The notes below the pieces were generated by a model, which had not been told where the DNA came from, did not search any database, and worked only from the letters and a program-made list of their open reading frames with translations. Positions 54,259 to 64,000 of a stretch of 64,000 nt of DNA are shown here, piece by piece. The translations under genes were made by a program, and so were the position numbers. Source of the DNA: an uncultured bacterium (GTDB taxonomy: Bacteria > Verrucomicrobiota > Verrucomicrobiia > Limisphaerales > UBA8199). The stretch covers positions 384,001 through 448,000 of the forward strand of contig CAVVMW010000014.1 in the NCBI GenBank assembly GCA_963749495.1, written 5' to 3'. Positions within the stretch are counted from its first letter, which is position 1. The number at the start of each line of letters is the position of its first letter.

Positions 54259-56925
54259 TTATCGCGCCAGCCGGTAATAGAGCTGCTGGCCCGCGACCGG
54301 AGTCACATAAGGGCTGGCGGCAGCCGGCACATTGGTCCACGCACCCGAGCTGGTCAAGGAGCCGCCGGCTTGGAGCGTGCCGGGCGTGTCCCAGACTACC
54401 GCTACCTTGCGCCCGGACAGGCCCTGGGCAGAGAGGCGGCCCAGCGGCAGCCGCGGAGGCTCGGTGTTGGTGTAGGAAAGCGTGCCGGTCTGCGGCGCCT
54501 GGTTCAGGGGCACGAAGCTGGGGTTCATTCCCTGGAAACTGAAGTTCAGCACATTCGTCCCGAACACGGGCAGGCCGGTATCGGCGAACGTGGCCGAGCG
54601 CGCGAGCTGGAACTCGAAGTTCGTCCCGGGCGCGGCGGGCAGGCAGAGCCAACTCAAACCGGCGATGCCGGTGCCGTCATTGAACGTGCCGTTCTTCTCC
54701 GCATAGGAGAATCCGCTCTGCACGAGCAATTCCGAACCGACCGAGGAGGGCAGGTACCCCGTGTCGGGATTGTTGTCCGTATCGAAGAACATGTTCACAT
54801 AAGACGGGAATTGGCCGGCGGCGGGATCGATATCATGCCAGAGCGTGACGCGGAAATAATAGAAATCCGCGTCGTTATAGACATATATGTCCTTGAAATC
54901 GGCCGCGCCATCGCTGCCGCTGGGACCGCTATACAACGGGGCCATGCCGGCCCAATCGCTCATGTCGCCGTCCACGACAATGCCGCGCACGAAGGGCACA
55001 GTGGTGGCGGATGAGTTGCCAAAGAGGTCCTTGACTCCGGCAATCGTCAGGGTGTTCACCCCGAGGCCGAGCGGCGCACTGGCCGCCAGCGTGACCAGCG
55101 CCGGCTCGCTCGGGCCGGGGGTGGCGGAGACGACGGTCAGGCCGCCGCTCAAGTTGTAATTGGCGGGGTTTCCGGCCGAGACGGTGTCAACCGGCTCGGA
55201 GAAAACTACGGCGACCTGCGTGGCGGTGGCGATGACGCGAATGACGGCGGGCGGGATCGTGTCCCGGAGCACGGTCAAGAGCGCCGCGCGGCTGTTGGTC
55301 GAACTAACTGGATTGCTGATCTGAGCGAAGTAACTGCCGGCATCAGCGGCGAGCACCGCCGGGAGTGCGAGCGTGGCGTTGGTCTGGTTGAGCAGGGCCG
55401 TCCCGTCTTTGAACCACTGATACTGGAGCGGGGGCGACCCGCCCGCGGCGGCCGCAAAGGCGGCGGGGCGGCCCTCGACGGCCGCCACGTCGGCAGGCTG
55501 CGTGAGGTCCGCAAGCAACACGGGCGCCGTGTTGACCAAGAGCACGGCGGAGCGGGTGGTGTTGGTCGAAAGCGGATTGCTCACCCGCAGGGCATAACCG
55601 CCCGCGTCGGTCCCCAGGACGATGGGGATGCTATAGGCGGCATTGGTTGCGCCGGAGATTTCCGTGCCATCCTTCAACCATTGATAAGCCAGGGGGCCCG
55701 AGCCGACAAAATCGGCCGTAAAGGTCGTGGGATTGCCCGCGACGACCGTGCGGTCGGCCGGCACGGCGGCGTCCGCCAGGAGCACGGGAAAAGCGACGGC
55801 CGCTTCGAGGGACAGGCCCAACACCATATCGGCGCTGGTGCCGGGAGCCTGGTGGGTTTCGACTTCGAGCAGGTTGTCGCCGATGAGCAGCGGCCCGCCC
55901 GGCAGGCCAAACACCTGCGCCTGGCCGGGGACCGGGTTGGCGCCGGTGGCAGGGGTGGCAAAACCGAGGGTGCCGCCAGGCAGGCGCACCCGCCGCACTT
56001 CCACGCCGTTCAGGTAATAGGCGGCGCCGTCGCTCAGGTAATTGGTCACCACGAACGCGACGTTGGCGGTGAGGAAGTTCCATTGAAAATGCGTGCGAAA
56101 GTAATAGGCATTGGGGCCGGAGGCTAGGGCGGTGTGGATTGGCGGATAAACGCCAGGAGTGCCTGTGTAACCAAACAAACCCGTGCCCGAGGTCCAGCCG
56201 GCCTGGGTGTCGTCGTACGCCGGGTCGAGCCAGGCTGTTCCCAGGTCGGTCCCGGCCGCGTTGGCCTGCCAGGAAGCCGTGGTCAGGTCGACCAGCGTCA
56301 GATTCGTGGTGAGCGCCGAGGGGGCCGGTTCAAACGTATAGGACAGGCCGCCGCTGCTCGGCGCCCATTCGACGGAGACCCAGTTGATCTCGGCTTCGAG
56401 GACAAAGGCAATGGCGTCGCTGGTGAACACGGCGGTGCCGTCCGAGGCGTAGGTTGCATGCCGGGAGAGGCGCACTTCGAAGTCGGTGGCCGGCGCGGCG
56501 GGCGCCGCCTGCCAATCGAGGCCGTTGACATCCCCTTCGTTGAAACCGCCGTTCTTCTCCTGGTAACCGACGCCACCCTGGACCAGGAGCTCCCATCCCA
56601 CGCGTCCTCCACCGCCGGCTTGAAACCCGGTTGCAGTCGAGGCATCGGTATTGATGAAGATGTTTTGCATGGCCGTGAACGGGTTGTCCGCGGCATAAAT
56701 CGAGAACCGGATGTAGAGGTAATCCTCGTCGTTGGCGACGTAGATGTCCTTGTAGGCCACGGCGTTGGTCACGTCCTGGGCCTGGGTGTAGGCCAGGGGC
56801 ACGCCGGCCCAGTCGCCGAAATCGCCGTCGATGTTGATGTGCTTGAACGTGCCGGCGTGCGCGCCGGCCAAGATGCACCCGGCCGCCAATCCGCAGGCCA
56901 GGTTCAGTAGCATTCTGGTTTTCAT
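54259..56925 (-). CDS. secreted protein with two 'DGDxxDW' (DOMON/CBM9-like) domains, Ig domains and a C-terminal YYRL domain
   Basis: Signal peptide; 'INIDGDFGDW' and 'VVDGDMSDW' domains; two 'YQWxKDG' Ig domains; ends 'QLYYRLAR'. Confidence 0.85.
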   Translation of the reverse strand: MKTRMLLNLACGLAAGCILAGAHAGTFKHINIDGDFGDWAGVPLAYTQAQDVTNAVAYKDIYVANDEDYLYIRFSIYAADNPFTAMQNIFINTDASTATGFQAGGGGRVGWELLVQGGVGYQEKNGGFNEGDVNGLDWQAAPAAPATDFEVRLSRHATYASDGTAVFTSDAIAFVLEAEINWVSVEWAPSSGGLSYTFEPAPSALTTNLTLVDLTTASWQANAAGTDLGTAWLDPAYDDTQAGWTSGTGLFGYTGTPGVYPPIHTALASGPNAYYFRTHFQWNFLTANVAFVVTNYLSDGAAYYLNGVEVRRVRLPGGTLGFATPATGANPVPGQAQVFGLPGGPLLIGDNLLEVETHQAPGTSADMVLGLSLEAAVAFPVLLADAAVPADRTVVAGNPTTFTADFVGSGPLAYQWLKDGTEISGATNAAYSIPIVLGTDAGGYALRVSNPLSTNTTRSAVLLVNTAPVLLADLTQPADVAAVEGRPAAFAAAAGGSPPLQYQWFKDGTALLNQTNATLALPAVLAADAGSYFAQISNPVSSTNSRAALLTVLRDTIPPAVIRVIATATQVAVVFSEPVDTVSAGNPANYNLSGGLTVVSATPGPSEPALVTLAASAPLGLGVNTLTIAGVKDLFGNSSATTVPFVRGIVVDGDMSDWAGMAPLYSGPSGSDGAADFKDIYVYNDADFYYFRVTLWHDIDPAAGQFPSYVNMFFDTDNNPDTGYLPSSVGSELLVQSGFSYAEKNGTFNDGTGIAGLSWLCLPAAPGTNFEFQLARSATFADTGLPVFGTNVLNFSFQGMNPSFVPLNQAPQTGTLSYTNTEPPRLPLGRLSAQGLSGRKVAVVWDTPGTLQAGGSLTSSGAWTNVPAAASPYVTPVAGQQLYYRLAR

Positions 56926-57054
56926 GGTGCAGTGGGCTCTATTTCCGTCTCGGTGCCAAGACCTTGTCGCCTTTTAGGCAGGAGGTCAAGAGTAATCCCC
57001 TCACGGGAATGAGCGGCGTTCACCTGTGGGGTGAGCCCATCCACGCATTTCCGT

Positions 57055-57084
57055 ATCTGTGTTTATCTGTGTCCATCCGTGGTT
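57055..57084. repeat. 10-bp-period intergenic repeat ATCTGTGTTT-ATCTGTGTCC-ATCCGTGGTT
   Basis: Seen directly. It resembles a dispersed repeat common in PVC-group genomes. Confidence 0.7.
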
Positions 57085-57542
57085 GAAAGAGCTGATCCGC
57101 CGGATTTAGGATCCATTGTCCGGGAAATTCAGGTCACCGTGAAAACGCGGCCGAGGCCTTAGCTGATAGGCTGCGAAGAGAAACCACCGCAGGCCGGCAG
57201 CGCGCGACTTCATTGAGAAAACCTGGCTCGTGAGGCTGGTCTAATAGCTGCCTCGGTTTACCCTGGACTGAATTTCAGGACGCATCCAGGCCTAGTGCGA
57301 AGTATCTCTGCCACTGATAATTAGGGCGATTCTTTCCCAAGAGCTCGGCTTGCCCATCAGGCCGCAGCCGCCGGTTAACAGAACCGTGAAATAGAACCAG
57401 GGGAGCTTCGAGAATGCGCCAACCACCGCCGCAACCACAAAGGCGGCGCCCAGAAAAAAGCGAATCATCGCCTTCGTGCGGCAATGGCTTCGCTTTCGCC
57501 GCTCGGGAGGGCGGTGAGCGCGTCTGGTGGTTGCGGGTGGAA

Positions 57543-59997
57543 TCATTCTGACGGCTCCTGCGCCAGACCGAGCGCCCGGCGAACCAAGCTGCGCTCTTCG
57601 CTAGGAAGCTGCAGCAGGACGCCCTCATCTCGAGGATGGGTTTTAAGGTAAGCGATGCCCGTGCGAAACAACCGCATAGGGAATTCCATGATATCGTTGC
57701 CTGAGATGACGGTCTTCCACCCGGCGAACCATTGGTCGAGCCCCGAGTTGGTGAGAGCACTTTCTCTCAGCCGCGCCAGGTGTTGGACCAGCGCCCCGCC
57801 GAGGTAAACCAGGGCATTGTGCTCGCGGTACAGCGCAAACGCTTGCGCCATCCGCGCCGGCCACACGTCCGGCGAGCCGAACTGGCTGAAGATTGCTTGG
57901 ATGAGTGCCTCGGAGACCTGAGCAACAACAGGCGGGGGTTTCTCTGTGCTAGCGAGGAATTCGATCAAATGTTCCACCGCAGAGTTCCATTCGCCTGCCG
58001 CAAAGGCGGCGAACGCCATCCCTCCCTTGGCGGTTGAGAGCACCTCACCAGGAAGCCCGGTCATTCCGATAACTCGCGCGAAGTCCGCCGTCGCTTCCCG
58101 GGCTCGACCAATCTGGCCAAGCGTCATGCCCCGAGCGAGGAGCGCCCGGGCAGCTTGCTCGGGTGGCACACCGGACAGCTCGATCACTTGGGTCAAGTCG
58201 GCTATCGCGTTTTGGGTTCGGCCGACTCGGCCAAATGCCAGGCCTCGATTGAGTAGTGCCAGTGTGACCTGTTCGGAGCGAGGTTTGGGACGACCTGTGC
58301 GCAACTCAATCGTTCGGGTGTAGTCGGCAATTGCCTCCTCAGGTACGGCCGAGTGCGCCAAGAGTGATGCCTCGATTGAGCAGCGCCGTGGCGACCGGTT
58401 CAGCCGGAGCATGCCGCAATTGGATCGCCCGGGTGAAGTCGGCGATGGCCTCCTGGGTTCGGCCCAGAAGGCCAAGACTGGTGCCGCGAGCCACGAGCGC
58501 TCCGGCAACCTGCCCGACGGCTGCGGCGGGCTGTTCCACAACCTTGCCGAACCATTCAACGGCTGCGGAGAACCGCCGATGGCTCAGGCACGCCGATGCG
58601 AATTTCATCCAGTCCCCGGGCTCGTCACTTTCCTCCGCCAGCAAACGCAGTCTTTCCAACATGTCCTCGTCACAGTGGCCAATGTCCACGCCTTCGACCT
58701 CGTGGAGCAGCAGGTCGCGGCGCAGATCGGGCTGGCCGGGGCGGGCTTTGTCGAGGGCGGCAGACAGGTATTTGTGGGCAAGGCCGACCGGATTGCAGTG
58801 AACCGAGAGCCGCTGCAGCTCATCGCGGTCGAACCAGACGCGCAGAAAATCCACGATCAGTTGAAGCGGCTTATGACTGCGCGTGTTCTTGACCTCCATG
58901 CTGAGGCGCATCAGCGGCTCGGCCAGTTCATAGAGCGACTCACGGCCGCGCGGATTGGGCCTCACATAGCCCATTTCGCGGAGCTTCTGAAGCTGGCTGC
59001 CGATGCTGCCGGGTTCGGCAAACAAGGCGGCGGCGATTTCTTTGACGGGGAGGGGCCGGCGACGCAAACAGAGGAACTCGACGATTTTGCGCTGCTGCGG
59101 CGAGAGCCAGCGGAGCCGCTCCTGGTAGTAAGGCGTGAGTTGCACATCCACCATCCCCTCTAACGGCCCCACCAACTCGTCGAGCGACTCACAAGTGACA
59201 AACTCCGACAGGACAATATAGAGCCGGGGGTTGCCGCCCGAGAGATGGTGAATGGCTTGAACGCGGGCCCTGCCGCACGGCGTGCCGAGGAACTCCATCA
59301 ACGCGCCATCCTCGTTGAGCTGTGCGACGCGCTGCAGCAACTCAACGGCCTCCCCGGCGGTAAAGGGTTGGAGGTGAGTCGTGTCAAAGAAGCCAAAGAA
59401 GGGTTGCTCGCGCTCGGAGACGCCCGCAAAGAGCCTCTGGGCCGTCCCTGCGGTGGCGAAGACCGGGTGGTTCTGGACGAAGGCGCGCCAGGCGCGCTGA
59501 TCGGATTCGTCCAATTGAGCAAAAAGCGTGTCGAGGTTCTCGATCAGCACGAGCACGGTCCGTTGGCCGATGTGCGAGAGGAGACTCTGGCCAAGCAGAT
59601 CCTGCGCTTCAACGCGGTCGCACCCACCGAGTTGCTCGATGGCTCGAGACGGGAACTCCTCCGGGTAGCGGTCCGCCAGCGCCCGGTAGATTCGCAGCAG
59701 CAGGTCGAGGAATGAAGTGCTGGTCTCGTCCTCATTGAGCCAGGCCATGCGCAGACGTTGGCCGAGATCTGCCTGCCTCTGGAGCCGGTGGAAGATCAGA
59801 GCGAGCAGGTGGGTTTTCCCGGAGCCCCTGGGGCCGACGAAAAGCAGGTGGTGCTTGTTCTCCGTAATGACGCTTTCGCGCAGGGCCGCCACGGACCGCT
59901 CAAGCAGGTCCTGCCGCTGCACATTGATGCGCTCCAAGTCCTCGGGATCGGTGCGATGGGGAGAGAACCGGGAGATGAATTTGCGCTGGGTTTGCAT
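57543..59997 (-). CDS. P-loop ATPase - winged HTH - TPR protein; frameshift at ~58341
   Basis: Walker A 'GPRGSGKT', Walker B 'VLIENLD', 'GGNPR', HTH 'PVKEIAAALF...LQKLREMGYV', and TPRs 'ALLNRG...EAIADxT'. Removing one base at 58341 joins 'LGRT' to 'EEAIADY'. Confidence 0.85.
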
Positions 59998-59999
59998 TT

Positions 60000-61169
60000 T
60001 CAAACACTGCGATCGAAGCGCCACCATCGGCGGATGAGAGCGAAGCGGAAGCGGTAGCCGCCGTCCGGGTCCCGATCCAGATAGTGGTCCTGCTGCAATA
60101 GCTTCAAGAGGTTGCGGAGGCGCTCCGGTTCGGCCAGCGCCGTTTGGGAGATCAACTCCCGGCGCAAGGCCTCGAACGGGATGGGCGCGTCGGACGCAGC
60201 CACCGCGTCCAGAGCGAGGAGGACCAACGGCTCGTCCTTTCCATAATAGAGCGGCAGGCGCGTGCGGTAGTGGGCCAGGTCCCAATCGTTGTCCGGATGC
60301 GCAAGCTCTTTTTGCAGGCTCGCTTCGATGAGAGCGGGAGTAACCGGTTGGCGCGGCGGCAGCCTGGAAACGAGCTTATGAATGTAGAAGGCGACGTTCC
60401 CCACGGCCTCCGCGGCGGCTCTTGCACAGGCTTCTGGTTCGGCGCAAACCAGGTTCGCTCCCTTGAGCAGGTCGCGAGCCAACTGAGCAGCGTCGGCAGG
60501 CGCCAAGGCCCCCGGCGCGACGCGCTCCATGTGGTTCAACGGCGAGTTAAGATAGCCTTTTTCACGCAGCGAGGTCAGCACGTGGTGCAGTCCTACGGAC
60601 CCGGTCAGTACCAACCGGACCCTGGAGTAGTCCTGACTCAAGGAGCGGAGCACGTCGAGAATCTCCATCGCCATGGCTGGACCCTCGCGCTTCGAGACGT
60701 TGTCTAAGAGAAAGGGGACTTCGTCCCAGAGAAAAACAATATGGCCCCTCGCCTCTTCCATTTCCTCGTCGAGGTCCGTGAAAGTACGAGTGAGAATCTC
60801 CTTCCATGGTGCGGGAGAACCGCCGGGAAGTTTCAGCACCCCGGCAATCTCAGCCCCTCTCACGGCCCCCAGCAACTGCTCCATCCGTCGCATGGCGCGC
60901 TTTTTCCGGCTCAGTACCTCCGCCGAATCCCGATAAGCCCGCGTTGCGAATTCGGCGGCCGTGTGGCATCCACCCAGGTCGCGCTTGACCGTCAGCCACC
61001 CCTTTTGCGGATGCGCCTCCATTTTGCGCAGGATCATGGTCTTGCCGACGCGCCGAAGGTCGTTCATGTAGATGCTACGCCCTTCGAGAATCGCCCACAT
61101 TTCCGCTACAAGAGCATCACGTCCGACAATATTATCTGGGGCAAGTTGGCCACCCGGGTTCGGTTTCAT
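60000..61169 (-). CDS. AAA+/STAND-like P-loop ATPase with C-terminal winged helix
   Basis: 'IVGR', variant Walker A 'DLRRVGKT', Walker B 'FLWDE', 'LTGSVGL' and a terminal 'LQQDHYL...YRFRFALIRRWW'. Stop lies 2 nt before the next start. Confidence 0.85.
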   Translation of the reverse strand: MKPNPGGQLAPDNIVGRDALVAEMWAILEGRSIYMNDLRRVGKTMILRKMEAHPQKGWLTVKRDLGGCHTAAEFATRAYRDSAEVLSRKKRAMRRMEQLLGAVRGAEIAGVLKLPGGSPAPWKEILTRTFTDLDEEMEEARGHIVFLWDEVPFLLDNVSKREGPAMAMEILDVLRSLSQDYSRVRLVLTGSVGLHHVLTSLREKGYLNSPLNHMERVAPGALAPADAAQLARDLLKGANLVCAEPEACARAAAEAVGNVAFYIHKLVSRLPPRQPVTPALIEASLQKELAHPDNDWDLAHYRTRLPLYYGKDEPLVLLALDAVAASDAPIPFEALRRELISQTALAEPERLRNLLKLLQQDHYLDRDPDGGYRFRFALIRRWWRFDRSV

Positions 61170-61194
61170 ATAGAGCTATCGTTCATTCTCGTCA

Positions 61195-61240
61195 AATATA
61201 TGTCTAAATTGATGTATGTCAATAATGAAATATGTCATTT
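61195..61240 (-). promoter_or_regulatory. AT-rich promoter with three GACATA repeats at 16-bp period
   Basis: TATGTC at 61199, 61215 and 61231 on +. On the minus strand, TTGACA-16 nt-TATATT overlaps them. Confidence 0.6.
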
Positions 61241-61460
61241 TGGCTTTTACAGCTCCTTTTTGAGACACTTCATTTCCTGAGGCCAAAGGAATGCTGGCGT
61301 TTGCAGTTGCCGGCCAGCAGCGCCATTCTGGCGCAGTTGCTTTGACTGCAGCAGTGGCCGGGCCGTGAATTTTTTCATTCGCGCACGCGCCGGGGCAACA
61401 GATCCTCTCTGGTTCGTCGGTCGGTCCTCGGCTGCGGTGCTCGCCACGGATTCGCCTGGA

Positions 61461-62289
61461 TCAGTCCAGCAGGCGGTAGCCGCTGGGGGTGGCAAGATAC
61501 GGTTTCGCGAGCGCGGAACCTATCCCGTGGCCGTGGCCATCCCCGCTGACGATTCCGTTTTCAAAGCAGAACACAAGGGGCAGCGTCCCGCGACCCCGCG
61601 TCGGTTCGGTAATCCTCACGTCGAAGCCGCCTTTGGCGTCTATTCGGGCAACATAGGGCTTCTGCCAGTAGGCCTCCTGTGCTCCAGGAACGCTGTCGAA
61701 GACTACGATGCTGTGAGCCGGAATGCTGGAATCGAGCCGCCCCGTGAGGTGGATGACTTTTCCACTCCCATCGTTGTCGAGGGCAAGCGAATTGACGTGG
61801 CAAGTTGGCATTTGAGGCCGACCCTCGGTCGGCGCGGAAAAAACGGGATGCTTCCAGAGCATTGCCGCCGATGCTTCGGAAAGGTATCCTCGCCTCTCCT
61901 TTGTTCCGGTTCGAAGGCGGTAGTTTGCTATCGTGGCTCCCATGAGCGGCATGCCGAGATTGCCCTCGGCCAACGGTCCCATGTGGGGCAACCCCAAGGC
62001 ATGACCCAATTCATGGATGCACCCTTTGAGCGCAATGTCGGTGAAGAACGGACAGGAACCGTTCCACAACCCCGTCGGGTCGGGCGACATTGGAAGGCGT
62101 GAAGAACACCATGTTCACATTGGGCGGCGGGACATCACCGGCGGGAACGGTGGTTGCGGCGGAAACCAGGAGAAAAGCCAGGAGGCCACAAGCCAGCTTG
62201 GGCGGACAAGAAACCGCTTTTGGGACGCTTGCCGCGGCATATTGCGCGCCGAGCGGGCAAAGGCAGAATTCGTTTGTTGTCGCGTTCAT
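61461..62289 (-). pseudogene. secreted zinc metallopeptidase with an internal deletion/frameshift near 62050
   Basis: The N-terminal frame (signal, 'VFFTPSNV...GVVER') switches to the frame carrying 'HELGHALGLPH' and a Met-turn-like 'PLMG'. Confidence 0.75.
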
Positions 62290-62472
62290 CTGCGAGCGTG
62301 TTGGCCGAGATTGCTGCGCGTGGTGTGGGTGTCAAGCCCGAATGCGCGGAACATCGCATAGCGGGCGCACGACACATTTCTTCCATAGCACCCGCCTGCC
62401 GCATAAATGCGGCGTTCCGGTTCGCCTCGGAAGGCCGCATTTGTGCGGCAGCGAAGAATCTGATCCAACCGA

Positions 62473-63146
62473 TCATTGCGGGCATTTGCTTTCTCTGTAT
62501 CGGACTGCCTCTCGCAGCAGTTCGGTGCCGCTCTGGAGGTTCAGTTTCTCTTTTATCCGCCCGCAGCAGGCCTGGACCGTTTTGATGCTCAGACGAAGCG
62601 TCTCTGCTATCCGCCGCGTGCCCCATCCCTGGCCAAGCATGTCGAACACAGCCAGCTCACGGTCGCTGAGTTGCTCGATTGGCGAATGGGTGGCCAGCTT
62701 CTTGCCTTCAACAAATTGCGTCATCACGGACTGTGCCATTGCATCGCTGAGGAAGAACCTGCCCTCCAACACGCTGCGAATCGCCTCGATCACCTTCTTG
62801 GTCGTCTCGCGTTTCATGATGCAGCCTTTGGCTCCGGCGCGCAGGCTCGTTGGGCGTAGAGCGATTCCTCGTGCATAGAGAGAACCAGCACCACCAGACT
62901 GGGCGAGGCGTTCTTCAGCTCCTTGATCAATTCGATGGCGGAGGAATCTTTGAGCGAAATATCCACAATGGCCACGTCGGGTTTCGAGGCCCTGAGCGCC
63001 TGAACGGCCTCCGCAGCCGTTGCGGCTTCCCCGCACACAGCCAGGTCGGCTTGCTGGTTGATCAGGTTGGTCAGCCACTCGCGCACCAGGGGGTGATCAT
63101 CGACGATGAAAACCGTCCGCTTCTGGCTGCTCGAGTCTGATGTCAT
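62473..63146 (-). CDS. NarL/LuxR-family response regulator; frameshift at ~62845
   Basis: REC motifs 'FIVDDHPLVR', 'VDISL' and 'LSMH'; HTH 'LSDRELAVF...LSIKTV'. Adding one base restores 'YAQRALRAGAKG'. Confidence 0.9.
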
Positions 63147-63176
63147 GCGTAGTGTCCTCCGAACCCGCGCTCGCGG

Positions 63177-64000
63177 TTATTTCCTGGTGAGTTGGGTGCG
63201 GTTCCACCATCCGCCGCCGAGGGCCTGAAACAGGGCCGCCGTATCGGCATAACGATTGGCCTCGGCCTGTGTGCGGTTAATCACGGCTTGGTTGTACGCC
63301 TCCTCGGCGTTGAGGAGCACCAGGTAGCAAACGTAGCCGGCTTGGAGCTGGCGCATGGTTAGATCGAGGGAGCGTTTGGCTGTTTGCTCTGCTCTGACAG
63401 CGGCCTTCAGCGCATCGGCATCGAATACCAGCGCATGAAGTGTATCCGCTACGTTTTGAAAAGCTCCGATAACCGTGCTCCGATATTGCGCCGCCGCTTG
63501 GATCATGGCCTGCTTTGCGGCGCGCTGGAGGTGCAGCAGCGTGAATCCATCGAATAATGTCTGGCTAAAGTCGCCCATGAGATTCCAGAAGGGGCCGCCG
63601 GTTTCGAACATTTGGGTGATCTGCGAGGCGGCCCCTCCGTAACCCCCGGAGAGCGTGATCTGCGGCAGCCGATTCGCGATGGCCACGCCGATTTGGGCGT
63701 TGGCCGAGCGCATCTGCTCCTCGGCGGCGCGAACGTCAGGGCGTTGCCGGATAATCGTTGAGGGCAGACTCAGCGGCAGGTCTTGCGGCAAGTGGAGCGA
63801 GGAAAGTCGGAACGTTTCCTCCACATCGTGGTTCGGCAGATTGCCCACTAATGCCCGGATGAGGTTGCGGGTTTGTTCAAGCTGCTTCTGGAGCGGGGGC
63901 AGCGTGGCTTGGACTTGGGCCAAGGCGGCCTCCACGGCGGCCACGTCAAGGTCCGACACAAGGCCCGACTTCCGCTGGCTCCTAAGGATCTCCAGCGACC
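63177..64000 (-). CDS. NodT/TolC-family efflux outer-membrane protein (5' part outside window)
   Basis: 'LPSTIIRQRPDVRAAE', 'IGVAIANRLP' and terminal 'LFQALGGGWW'. Confidence 0.93.
   Translation of the reverse strand, partial: SLEILRSQRKSGLVSDLDVAAVEAALAQVQATLPPLQKQLEQTRNLIRALVGNLPNHDVEETFRLSSLHLPQDLPLSLPSTIIRQRPDVRAAEEQMRSANAQIGVAIANRLPQITLSGGYGGAASQITQMFETGGPFWNLMGDFSQTLFDGFTLLHLQRAAKQAMIQAAAQYRSTVIGAFQNVADTLHALVFDADALKAAVRAEQTAKRSLDLTMRQLQAGYVCYLVLLNAEEAYNQAVINRTQAEANRYADTAALFQALGGGWWNRTQLTRK

Overview
GC-rich bacterial DNA. The gene families (GloVer repeats, BspA-type LRR, LTD/CotH giant protein, prepilin-type '[13 protein letters not shown]' protein) and intergenic repeats suggest Verrucomicrobiota, probably Pedosphaera/Limisphaerales-like; this is inference. 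The window has two parts. (1) About 1-36.5 kb is a mosaic in which intact genes (papain-family protease plus chagasin inhibitor, double esterase, C-N hydrolase, LRR protein, S9 peptidase, DUF72, DUF5131, dinB, prepilin-type protein) sit among more than 20 short gene fragments from mobile, defence and phage-type functions (DUF2791 ATPase, Lhr helicase, DNA MTase, RecD2, ISAs1, HNH, TcmP, GH26, cyclase). It includes a 1057-bp near-perfect inverted duplication (4507-5563 / 30859-31915) and several more diverged inverted paralogous pieces. (2) About 36.6-64 kb is more orderly. It holds a frameshifted ~3600-aa LTD/CotH surface protein with eight 288-bp repeats, a yhcG/DUF1016 nuclease whose linker is an array of ~25-27-bp palindromes, an Ig/GH114-like/GH95 operon, a tandem P-loop ATPase plus ATPase-wHTH-TPR pair, a LuxR-type response regulator and a partial outer-membrane efflux gene. 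I found no rRNA, tRNA or CRISPR array. Family calls come from motif recognition by eye, not database searches, and fragment boundaries are approximate.
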